This document shows, in pieces, positions 40,201 to 52,134 of a stretch of 64,000 nt of DNA. Within the stretch, counting starts at the first letter, position 1, and each line of letters begins with the position of its first letter. Source of the DNA: Raillietiella orientalis. Lineage: Eukaryota. The notes beneath the pieces are model-generated. The model was not told the origin of the DNA. It worked only from the letters and a program-made list of their open reading frames with translations, and searched no databases. The position numbers and the translations under genes are program-made. Location: contig JAYWIR010000085.1 of assembly GCA_036172245.1 (NCBI GenBank), positions 62,001 to 126,000 on the forward strand, given 5' to 3'.

Positions 40201-41495
40201 CGTCTCCTTTCTCACCATGTCCGAAGGAGTCCCTCGAGGCATTGCTATGACGACGCGGAGATCACACTGTCGAGGGGCAAGGACAAGTGCTACCCTGGAA
40301 CGTTCGACAAACGGAGGCGCTCGGAAGGTCCCGGTTTCCGTCAAAAGACCAGGAATTACACCTACCCTCGAGCGATGGTAAGCAGCCGGGATCGGGGGCT
40401 CAAGCGCTTTGTGTGCGCGTGCATATTCGCAGGAACTTCCCTCTTCCACCCCCGTTCCTATTTTTCCTAGGGAGCTGAGTTGACCTTCCTTCGCGGACAG
40501 TAAAGAAAAGGGAGGTAGAGGAAAAGCAGACTCTTGAGACCAGGGCGAGGGTTTCCTGAGTCCCCCCCCCGTATGCATTTTAAGCGGAGGCACAGAAAAC
40601 AGGAACAGGTCTCAGAGTCTCTTCGTCTTGAACTCTGCAGACGAAGTCCCGTCTTCCAAGAGCAAGAGCTTTCTCTTTGCTCCCAGACCTATTTCCTCCT
40701 TCCGCTCTCGTTTTTCTTCTCTTCTGCTGACTCGAAAATTCGTCCGTCCCCTCCTCTTCTTTTTCCTCTAATTTGGCGTTCTTCTTGCCTCAGGCTTCAG
40801 TGAGGGGGATGCAGCTGCGCCACGAGCAAGAAGAGGCCGCCAAGGTCCCCGTCCTCTTCAACAGGTATGCGGTGGACAGCCAGCAGGATCTGTCCACCGG
40901 AGGCGGCAGGCCGGAGGCTCCTCCTGGGAGGCCGGAGAAGGCGCATGCGGGTGTTTCCTCCTCCTCCTCCTCCTGCAGAAGACCAGCGCCCCCCTCTGGG
41001 GGATCCCAGGCGGTGACAGTGACCACAGCGGCAACCCGGGACCCTCTGTTCTGGAAGGACCAGATGCTGCGCGCAAAGCGGGAGTTTGATCTTATTTACG
41101 GCTCTGACGACGTCCTCTCGGACGATGGAGACCCGCGCCAACGAGCGGTGCCCATCTGGCTATGCGTGGTGCTGGTCATCGGCTACATCCTAGGCGGGGC
41201 ATTTCTCTTCACCAACTGGGAGAAGTGGAACTACTTGGACTCGGCCTACTTCTGCTTCATCACGCTGACCACCATTGGCTTTGGGGACTTCGTCCCTGCC
41301 CAAAACACCAAGGAGAACCCTGAGGTCAGCATCGCTCTCTGTTCTCTGTACCTGCTCTTCGGCATCGCCCTCCTGGCCATGAGCTTCAACCTGGTTCAGG
41401 AGGAGGTCATCAGCAACGTCAAGATGGTAGCGCGAAAGCTGGGCATCATCAAAGATGAGGACGAAGAGGAGGATGACGACGACGACGATGACTAG
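34294..41495 (+). CDS. Two-pore-domain (K2P/TWiK-family) potassium channel subunit, ~535 aa
   Basis: Exons 34294-34702, 36863-37067, 39437-39577, ~40227-40377 and 40794-41495 are phase-consistent. P1 is [24 protein letters not shown] and P2 is [24 protein letters not shown]. There are four hydrophobic TM segments and an acidic C-terminal tail. The two middle loop exons are less certain. Confidence 0.93.
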
Positions 41496-44400
41496 AACCC
41501 GGGAGGAGCTCGAGGGTGGAAGTGAGGGTGGCTACAGTGATAGTTGCTCCACCTCCTTCCCCTCTCCCTTTGGTCGTATTTCTTTTTTTTTCCTCCTCAT
41601 CCCCTCGATCCCCTCCCTTCTTCCCGTTGGCCCATCCCGGTTTGCCCTCCATAAGGAGGGAAAGCACGCTTGCTCCCCCGGCACCGGAAGCTTCCCACTG
41701 CCACGTCCCTCTGGAGCCTCTTCCCCTCCTTCCTGCTGAAGCGGATTCTTTCCACATGGGAGTTTCGCTTGCAGGGCTGCGGGAGCGAACGGTTGTCCAG
41801 GAGCCCACAAGAGAAGGGCAGCAGGCGTGCCTCACAGAGGGCATGTGCGACGCCGCCGCCACCTCCACTGGCCGGCTCTCTGTTCTTAAAGATGGAGGAG
41901 AAACCAATGATGCCGAAACTTGCAATAAATTCCGATGCTGTTTCTGTTTCTAGCAGCGACCGCGAGAGGGAATCGGGTGGATCCACAGGAGGAAAAAGAA
42001 TCCCTGCTAGTGGTGCTGGGAGAGGGAAGGTAGGGTGACCAAAAGAACCGTCCTCCTCAATCGAAGCCGAGGAAGTGCTGTGCTTTCGCTTAGGGGCATC
42101 ATAAATGTTCTTGTTATGGAAAAAAGAATACATAAATTTACTATAATGAATATAATACGTGACCTACTCAGGTTCGTTTCCGTTTCCTGGTCCACACGGG
42201 GAACACCCCGTGCCGTGTTGCTGGTCTGTGCTGACTAAGTCCCGGAGCACGCGAACGAATCTCCTCCGCTAGCAGATTCCTGTGAGAAACGGCGGCAAAG
42301 ACAGGTCCCTCCACATCCAGGGAGAGCTACGACTGCCGCTGAGTCGAGCCGACGGCCACGCCTTTGCTTCCTCTGCGTCAAGGGCGCAGCTTCTCCAAGC
42401 CTCCCTCTTTTTTTGTTTTTTCCCCCCTTGTGTTCCTGGTCAAGAAGGAAAAGCGGGGTCACGACCCTCCCATGGTTCTTAGGGACTCCTGTCGCGGCTT
42501 CCTCCTTTTCACGATCCAGACTCGGGTGAACGGCACCAGTCTTCAGGGACTTCGGTCGCCTCGCCGGTCCTCATGAGAGAATCTCCCGTGGAAATCTTTG
42601 TACTCCTCTCAACAGAACGGTTTTTCTCCCCCCTCTAAGACGAAACGATGAGACCCGAGTCCCTGTCCAGAGAGAAGACACTCGTGGAACGTTGCGATTT
42701 TCGGATGCTCGGAGAGGAAAGTTCGAGGCGCGTGAGCTGGTAAAGGTCTGGAAGTCTGATGTCAGAGTCTGCTGCCGTCTTCCCCGTTTCTGCAGCACCA
42801 CAGCGGAGGAAGACGAGTCTCGCCCCGTCCAAGACATGAAGGGAGTGCGGAGCAGTCTCTTCTCATAGGACGCAGGAAACCAAATCTCGGTGTAGTGTGG
42901 AATCCAGGGAGGTCGGGGGAAGAGGACAGAGACCGGGTGCTAGAGTGGAGGGCAGCCAAGCGGACACGCTCGTCGCTGAAGTAACCAGTCATTTGGGATA
43001 CGATGGTCCTGAGGTGCGAACCTCACTAAGAGGCGAGATGGCGGTGGAAGCAAGTTTTCACTCCGAAGCACCAGAACATGAAAAGAACGATTCGCCTGCA
43101 TTTTCAGGAGCCCGGAGAGAAGGGTTCCCGAACCGATCCATGCAGCGAGAGTGTGGAGTTCTTTGCGAGAAAATCGAAATGCTGGGAAACGAAACCTCCT
43201 CCTCTTTTGGGCGATCCTTTGAAGTCAGAAATGAATACACTGATCTCAAGTCCAGTGCGATTTCAGTCAAAAGGTCCAAGTTCGAAATGAGTTTGTTTCC
43301 TTTTCTTATCGGGGAACTTCCCAAACGAATAGAAGCTCTCGGATCCCAAATGCATTCCTGAAGGCAAGTCCCCGAGGAATCATTTCCTGACCACCTTTTT
43401 CTGAGTTCGGCGTGCTTTTAAGAGAATCGTAGCTCTGAAGAGCTAGGGATTCCTCCGCGAATACTTATTTTATTCATGAAGCCTTCGTACATGTTACATG
43501 TGGAAGAACGGGAAATGGAGTGATATTTTTCCGGATTGCAAATGGATGTTTCTAAACTTTTCTGTCTGCAGCAATAGCATTGTGACTGGCTAACATTTCC
43601 TGAGCTTCCTCAAGGACAACAACAACTTACGTGTTCCGTGAACAGAGATCAAGAGACAACCACCAGAATTTTGTGGTAGACTATCCCAACGTTGTTAAAT
43701 CTTTTAATCACTTCTCCCTTCTTATTGAATCAAAGAAATGACGCAAGGCTGAATCAAATTTCCATGCTTGTTTTCAATGAATTTTCAATGTCATTGTGCG
43801 TCAAAAGGCAACTTTACAAATAAATACTCTAGAATTGGATACTTTGGCACCTTTTTTTCATTTCTAATTAAAATTTTGAGGTACCTTTTTTCTTTGATGA
43901 ATAATTATCTCATGGATTAAACAAACCAACTAAATTTCCGATGAGATTTCTGGAATTGTTGTTAGATGTTGATTACTGAGGGAAACACCCGCTCATAATT
44001 TAATGATAAGTCAGATTGTTGCAGCTTTTCAAAAATAAAAAACACACATGCAATTCTATTTTAGATATAAATAAGCTGCGTGAAACATAGGATACATGAG
44101 ATATGCGTATAAAGTTACATAACCCATGAATTATTGTGCTTCAAAAAAAATTCACAAAAAACGAGAAGTGCCATGATTTTTATTCTTTCATGCCTTAAAG
44201 CAATGTTATGGAAAACTTAAATTGGACATCTTTTAGGCTGATCCATGGCTCTGGATATTAGAAATTTGCAACTGCCGTAACGAAGAATTGAGTAATTGTG
44301 TAGACGTAGTTGCCCAATAAGTATCCACTTACAAAAATCACACACAATAAATTTTACGTTTATAATGTGTGATTTTCGGATTAGTTCCCTGAATTTTCAA

Positions 44401-45169
44401 AATTAAACCAAACTGAACCATTTCAAACTTTATTTACAACGTGTGATGAAAACGAAAACGGAAAAAACCTATTTAAACAAAGGAGATTCTGATACGTACT
44501 TTTTAGACCACCCAACAGGATGAGGAAGTCCCATCCCCATTGTTGTAGACATATTGGAAAAGCAGCGTGCTGCTTTTCTCAAGTGCCAAATGCTGACCAG
44601 CTGTAAGGAATATTTGTTTCTTAAATGAGCCTTCATCAATTACGGAAGTTTCTTTGGCTTCGTAAGTCTGTTCTTGTCGGGTAATATATATTTTTTTTTT
44701 TTTTTACGTACTCTGATGTCTTTTTAGAAAGTACTTTTAAGTACTTTCATATCTTTAGATTATGTATTTTCTCAGTGACTGGTTGTTGGAATTACCGAAG
44801 TAATTGATCTTTCTTATCCAAGTAGTTTCCCACCGTGAAATTTATTTTTTTTTTTTGCCAAGCGTTTGTTTTGCCGTGTTCCTCATGTCTTGTAAATGCT
44901 AGATTTGAATTTTTAATCAAGCTCGTAAATTCCGTTCGTCTTTGAGAAGATTCTGTCAAGGAATCCAAAAAATGGAAATTCAAGTCGCATGGGTGAAATA
45001 ATTCTCTCTTGTGCTGATCAGTTATAGTAATGTGGAATATAGGTTACGAACTTTGTACCATTTCTAGGATAGATTGTTATTTCTGATTAAGGTACAGAGG
45101 AACAGTTTCGCTTTGTATTAAGAGTTAAAAGTAAGAGCTTAAATAATTCCTATGTTTTGTCTACAGGAA

Positions 45170-46313
45170 ATGTTGGACATCCTATATAATTTAAAAAGCT
45201 TTTTCAAGTTCAAGCGCTTGATAGCAGACGGGATTATCTTCCGTCTCAATTACATGTTCACTGTGGTGCTACTATTAGCTGCAAGCGTCTTGGTTACTTC
45301 ACAAACTTATTTCGGAAGCCCTATTCTCTGTTCTGAAGAAACGGTATTACCCAGAGACATGGTTAATATGTATTGCTGGATCGAGACTACGTACACAGTG
45401 GTACGTTTGCATGCCGATCCTCATTTGGTCGCCTCTCCCGGAGTTGGCAGTGCTGCGGAATCTGAAGACCTCGTCCATTACCGATATTATCAGTGGGTTC
45501 CATTTTGCTTGGCGTTTCAGGTGAGCATTTTCCGACTTGAGCTTTTTGGTTATGTTCTTAGGCCCTTATGTTCTATTTACCCCGTTGGTTGTGGAAAAAC
45601 TGGGAAGGTGGTTTCATCAAACGGTTAACAGATGGTCTTGAAAATTTGCGTGAAGACGATTCCACCAAACTAAAGCTGACCACTGCGTATTTGCGTCGCC
45701 ATTTGCAGGACCACGAAGACTGGGCGAAAAGATACTTTGCATGCGAATTCCTATCTCTCGTCAACACAATAGGTATAGTCTAACGCTCACGTTGTTTCCA
45801 CTTGGTCTTGCAGCCCAGATTTTTTTGCTGGACGTGTTTTTCCAAGGGAAGTTCTTACATTACGGACCACATTTGGTTGAGTGGTTATTAGAGATCAGGC
45901 TTCTCGATCCGGTAGACTTCATCTTTCCACGTCTGACCAAGTGCAAATATCGGGCTTTCTCGCGCGATGGAAACGTGATAACTCTAGGGGCATTATGTTT
46001 GCTGCCCATCAACATCCTTAACTCGAAAATATTCGCCATCTTATGGTTTTGGCTAGTATTGCTTACAATTTTGAATGCTTCCACCTTTTTTCTAAGAATT
46101 CTGTGCTGTTGCAGCACTCCCTTTCGGCTTGAAATGTTCCGCTTCTGTTTTACTAAAGTAAATCCTCAGCAACTAAGTTTACTTCTCAGTCGAGCCGGTG
46201 TGGGCTCATGGCTGGTCCTCGGTCTGCTTTCTAGAAATGTAGATGGTTTCGTCTTCGAGCAGTTGATGGGGGAGTTATGTCGAACGCCAGCTCCAGATGT
46301 GTCTGAAGTGTGA
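45170..46313 (+). CDS. Innexin (gap junction protein), 353 aa, 3 exons
   Basis: Exons 45170-45520, 45562-45772 and 45814-46313, with two 41-nt introns. Motifs: IFRLNY, YFGSPILC, NMYCWI, YYQWV, FYLPRWLWKNWEGG, FPRLTKC, LCLLPINILN, WFW. A cag acceptor just 5' of the ATG implies an upstream 5'UTR exon. Confidence 0.96.
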
Positions 46314-46763
46314 GACCCACAGAGTCTTCAAGACGTTCTGAATCATAAGAATATAGGACTCACCTGTCTGTGAACGAAAAGTTTCTTTTCCGCGTAATTC
46401 CTGCGGAGACCATGGAATTCAGAAGAATTACCACCAAGACAGGCAATGCAATGCAAGATAAATAATGTTCTGAAGAAATGCTGTTTCGTAAAATAATTTT
46501 TGGTTGTATTTTGTTTACAAAAATCTGTTAACAGATCGGGATGCAATTTTTATACGTACCGAAAATAAAGCCTTATGAAGTTAAAAGTATTGGTATCAAT
46601 TAGGTTTTTATTTTTTAAATGGCAGTCGCCATTTTAAAAATGAAAACAAAAAAGCTGCTTTCTGTGAGAGTGAATTATTCATCTCCAGGATTCATTGCGT
46701 TTTACAATGTAGAACCTCTCAAATGAATGGTTTGTCGAAACATAAATTAAGATATTTTCATCT

Positions 46764-46792
46764 GTAGTAGTAGTAGTAGTAGTAGTAGTAGT
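46764..46792. repeat. (GTA)n microsatellite, ~9 units
   Basis: gtagtagtag... read directly from the sequence. Confidence 0.9.
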
Positions 46793-48970
46793 TTGTAGTA
46801 GGAAGATTTAGTTGAAGTTTAGTCCCTCTTTTATTTCAGCTTCTTCTCGTTGATTTTAATTTAAAGAAATTTGGATTTCGAAAATGTTGTTGCTTGGTCT
46901 GTTTCAAACCCCTTTGCATCTCTATCTGTTCTCAGGTGTGCTCCTCTGTTTCTGCAATTTCTTGAAATTGAGGCGTTAACGGGAAATTTTGCAAATTTTT
47001 TTATCATGGATATTGTGACTTTTCCTTAAAATTAAAAACTTCAAGGGGTGATCTTAAAAGACAGAAGTCAGATATCATGTCAGTTTTAATACACGTTTCC
47101 AGCAGAAATGAGTCATTTTCATTTGTAGATGTCCCTCTATATTTCAAGTTGGTGCTTTTTTCTGTTGATCTATAGGAATTGTCATGCTAACCGGATAAGA
47201 AAGTAAGAAGATAGACGGAAAGCAATCGTTACAACATTTCATTCTTTAAAGAATTGATTCTGAGCTGATCTTAAGCTGCTTTCTGTTCAAAGACTGATTA
47301 TCATTCTTGAGTCATAAGAGACATTTGCATTCTTCCGCATCATTTATTCGCAGCTCTTACACTTTTCTGTGAATGCTGATGGTTTTCTGGAGGAAAGGAT
47401 CGGAACCAAGAAACCTGGTAATGATGTGTTTTTTATACGGAGGGATACTTTTTTGTTATTTACAAAGTGCTGACATTTACCCCATACGTGTTCACAACGT
47501 GCTGAATGAGCACTCTGAAATGCAATGAGTGAAAATCTGGAAAAGTTTCGAAATTGCATTCACAATTTAGGCAAAAGAAGTGTCATTATCTTTGGAGCTT
47601 TTCTTAAATACTCCGTTGAGAAGAAAGGTGAGAAAAAAACCCTTAGAGAGTGCAAGCCTCAGTTGTTTCAAAATGTGCACTTTTCAAAGCCAAGACTCCG
47701 CCAGCCACGGATGTGTGACACCTGGCTGCTCTCTTGCTCTATCAATATCTTCTTCAGCCAAGTCACAAGAAATTCTTGGAAAACATCCTCACGGAAACCA
47801 TGGAAACATGTTAACCAGCTGTATGGGGTGCAAACCAACGCCGTCGGGAAGCAGCACATCCTGCTCTAATGGTCAGTGTAAGGAAAATTCTAATGATGAT
47901 CTAATCGTGACTCTTCAGCAAAGAAAGCATCGCAACCTTGTCTTCCAATAGTAACACAGTTATTGGTCGGCCCTTTTTAACTACTCTACGAGAGCTGATG
48001 CATTTACTTTAGTTTCCTAAGGGAAAGCATAGGATGTATCTCTCCGCAAGACAACTGTAGAAGTTCGTAAGGAATGCCGGTGAACGTTCTGAAAGTTTCT
48101 TTACGCTCAGGCATCTTGTCGGCTCAGGCAGTTTCGCGCCAGTATTCCCAGTTCTTGGTCGTGGAGTGGGCACGCTTTGGGATTTTTGCATTCCTTAGTC
48201 TCTTTCATCTGGCTTCAGGTCACTTAGTTCGCTGTGAATTCACAGGAAACAATTTGTTTGCAAAACTCGTTATCGATCTGGTGCTGCTCCAAAAGTTCTC
48301 AGATTTTTGCATGCTGCAGTTTGATCTAAGCGTGCCGGTAATGGTACTTTTATCACGTCACTACCTATTTTTATATATATTTTCATTGAAAATGATCGAT
48401 AATTCCAAGGGTAGAATAACCACCGCATCTTTTCACTGGATTTTTTCTTTTTTTTGACCGATTCTTTTTCATTCTCAGAATACAGAACATTGAAGTCGTG
48501 AGCTTTCTAATTTATATCTTGAAGAAAATTCATGCTGTCTGTAAATTGCGACTCCATGAGCGTTTGCTCCTGTAGGATCTTCCGAACTAAATTCATTTAG
48601 TCTCCTGTCAAACATATTATTTGGTTTTGATAATTTTGAGGATGTTCAATATCAAACATTAGCGCCTACGCCCTCAGATTTTCAGCATCTACAAATGCAG
48701 CATTTCAAAGTGTGTTTTTGAATCAGGTGGCTGCATCCAAGAGGGAACATGCCAACGCTTTTATCGTTCCACTCACTGTGGCTTACCGTCAAGTGCTTAA
48801 TCTGACGACCATACGATCATTTACATTTATGCAAGAAAAATATACAGAAAACAGGGAACTGTTTAGCTGTTTAAACTAAGAAATCACATTCGACCTTATG
48901 AAGTTTCGATTAGTTTAAATGAAAATGACGGCAGTCTCATGCGCACAAAAAGGAGAAGCACCTATGTACA

Positions 48971-49006
48971 ACCGTTCTGCTCGTAAGCAAGAACGAGCAG
49001 AACGGT
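48971..49006. repeat. Perfect 14-bp inverted repeat with 8-nt loop
   Basis: ACCGTTCTGCTCGT-aagcaaga-ACGAGCAGAACGGT. Confidence 0.9.
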
Positions 49007-49741
49007 GAAAAGAAAGTAATTTTATCCATGTAATGCGTAATGAAGGTGCGATTCGATCCTCTCACCCCTTCCTTCGGCAAAGTGCATTTTTAACCGACGA
49101 GTCTTGGTCTGTAAAGGTCTGCCTCGAAGGAATGGAAAGCATTTGGATAATCCTGCAGGAGATCTCGGGAGTTCATCTTTCAGCTGCAGGAGTGTCCATA
49201 GTTAGTTTTTCAACTATAGTGGATTGAGACTAATGTGCCTTTCATCTCGCTCATCGACTAGCAGTGTGTAAACCATAATTTCCCAAGTTTGCGAAAGGCA
49301 ACTGTGTGGAGGCTGACCGCGAGTTCGATCATAGTGAGCTCAAGGATTTGAGAGTGATTCACTGTGATTGGTGGTTATGCCACGTGGTTATGACTAATGG
49401 TAGACGGAAATCTCCAACTTCCCGAACAGCTCTGTTTCATTCCTGACATTTTCGATGAGGTAGTGAGTAAAAAGAAATCACTTAATGAAGGAAAAGTTCG
49501 ATTACATATCCAAGAACAAGATAGACTTCGTGCTTTCCTTTCTGCGTAATTGCTTTGCGTACAGCGTTGCTGCCTTGAGTACAGTTGCCTGTCAAAATGG
49601 TTTCCTAAACAACATTCTTTGTTTTCGCGGATTCATAGTTTTGCCATTCATGAAGTGCTGGATCTCCATGGATCTTACAGCCTCTCAGCAGCTCCAAGCT
49701 GTTCACGGTGTACCAAATTGTTTTGTAGATTTTCAGCATAT

Positions 49742-49808
49742 GATTGGTATTCGATTTTCAGTAGGATTGGTATTCGATTTTCAGTAGGATTGGTATTCGT
49801 TTTTCCAG
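49742..49808. repeat. Tandem repeat, 23-bp unit x ~2.9
   Basis: Two exact copies of GATTGGTATTCGATTTTCAGTAG plus a diverged third copy. Confidence 0.9.
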
Positions 49809-52134
49809 GTGAAGTGCATATTTTTCCGTGTAGTGAATACCCTTCAGTCTGCATTTTATTTCTTTAGACTCGTTTTGATTCCATGCTGATTTCTTTTAGA
49901 ACCCTGCGCAGTTGAAACGCCACTTGTTGAGCGACATTCTAGCTAGGGTAGTTGAGTGACTGCTTAAACAAATATTCTAAATTCCACAAATAATATCGGC
50001 AGAAGTTTACTGTCGATATTACTTTGACTGTTTCACTTTAACGTGAATGGAAGGAATCTGTTTCAGTCTCTCTGAAGCTCGTAGCGTTTTCGAAAGAGGT
50101 TTCACAATATCCCATATCCTATAAAACGTCCTGAAATTACAGGAATTGGTTTTGAATTTACATTTGCGAGATCACATCTTCACCCAAATGGTTCTCCCAG
50201 TGCTACAATTGCTCCTCCTTGGTACTCTAGGATTTACAATTCATTTTAGAAGAAAAAATCGTTTACGTGAATCAACAGGCTATTTCTCGCGAAGGAATTT
50301 GCCTTCAGGTGAATCTAAGCTAGGGTCAAAAAATAAAAAAGCGCTCGTGTCATCAAATGAATATCTAACTGCGTGAATTTGAATGAAAGGATTGGTTTTA
50401 CAAACAGGGGAATGCATCTGTCGAAGAATTCTGATCACCTGCTCATATCTGAACTCTGTTCCTTCGTTTCTCCAGCTGCAGTTCTCTGCAGTGTCCCTAA
50501 CGTTGGATTCTTTCGAGAAGTCCATGTTTTCTTGTACTATATGTTCTCCGTTACGATGTCTCACTTTATGAATGCTCTCTTGCTTCCTATGTTTCGTGCT
50601 GTATTTGGCTGCTCATCACGATTCCTTGCTTTAGGGAAACCCTGTTCTATTAACTTACTGATATGCAAATTTCATAGGTGCTGCTAACGCAAAGGTGAAG
50701 TAGGCAAAGTAATACCGAGTTAACTAAAGTGATATCTGTGAATTGTCATGAAGTTCGAAAACAGAAACTATGAAGTTCTTCATGAGGTAGGGCAGAAAGT
50801 AACTGGAAAAAAAAATGTCCCCAAAGCTTTCCTTCTCATATCCGTATTGCTGTACGTGAAATGTATCAATCTGATGCACCCCCCCCCTGTCGGTATAGTT
50901 CGCTATGAAACTTTTTTACGATTGAACTCTGTCATACAATTCTGGATTATGCACTCTGAAGTAAAGCTTGAAGAAAGACTCTCTTCTCTTTGTACACTGT
51001 TCATGTAGTACCGAAACCGTAAGTACAGATTTGTGGAATCCAAACTTCCCCTTAAGCTTGAATGCTGTACAAACTTTACCGCTGTTTGCGTTCTCTTTGA
51101 GGAACGGCCTTTTGCTTTCGAATCTCCCGCGTTTGCATCCAACCACAGAGATTTAACGAGTACAGCCTCCTTGTATTGATCTAAAGTATTCCATAGTATG
51201 AAAAGTTAATTTCTAGTTATTTAAAATTTCATTAGTGGTTAAAATCTTTGCATTGTTTGTTGCGCAGTAGCAGTGAGGACATGCATTTCATCCCAACGAG
51301 TATTTCATTAGGGAATGCAGCTGATCATAAGTAAAAAAAGGCATATGAAAACGAGAGTATGTGATCGAAAGGAGAACACCGTTTTGTGGGTTGTTCTAAG
51401 TGTCATAACTCCGCTGAACACATTGGTAACATATTGCAGCTCTGCTGTTAATATGCCTGCTAATTCAGGGTAGAAACAGCAACATATCCATCCATGAATT
51501 GTTCACACAAAAATTTCCAGATCTTTGATCATCATCATCGTTTCCAGATCATCGAAATGGCAAGGTGAACGTAATTGCTCTAATTTATTATCTTACTCTA
51601 CATTGCTTCATTCTTCGCTTCGGTCACACAAGTATGCACGGATATTAAGTGGAACATGAGTTCTGTGAGTCGATTGCAGTCCCCCTTTTGAATGTGTCTG
51701 CTACGACATCTCAGTAGTGGGGGTGATCTTTTGCAAAACTATGCATCTCTCAGAAACAGTGGCCAGCAGGTGATTAGGTGGCTTATTAATCAACCTCAGT
51801 TTCAAATAAATTCGAATATTTTAGAAAAGCAATTGCCGTGGGGTTTCCAGTCTTGGCGATGTCTGTCTTTAGTGCGCAGAAATGCAGGGAACTCCAAGGG
51901 TATGGGAGGGAGGAACTTGACTGACTCTCCTGGGCACAAAGGCACTGCTCCCTGCCGCTGCTCCAGCGAACGATTAACAGGCCGCGTGGCTGAAAGTCTC
52001 GCAGTCAGGAAACGAGAGCTTCTGGCAATCACTTCGAACATATAAAAGACATTGAAAACAAAGAGTTAAAATTCGGCCCTCAAGGTTAGATGACCGTCGA
52101 AGTTCCCAGAAAATCAGGGAAGGCGATGGGAACA

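Noticed and set aside
49742..49808. CRISPR-like repeat
   Set aside because: The units are directly adjacent with no spacers, the context is eukaryotic, and there are no cas genes.
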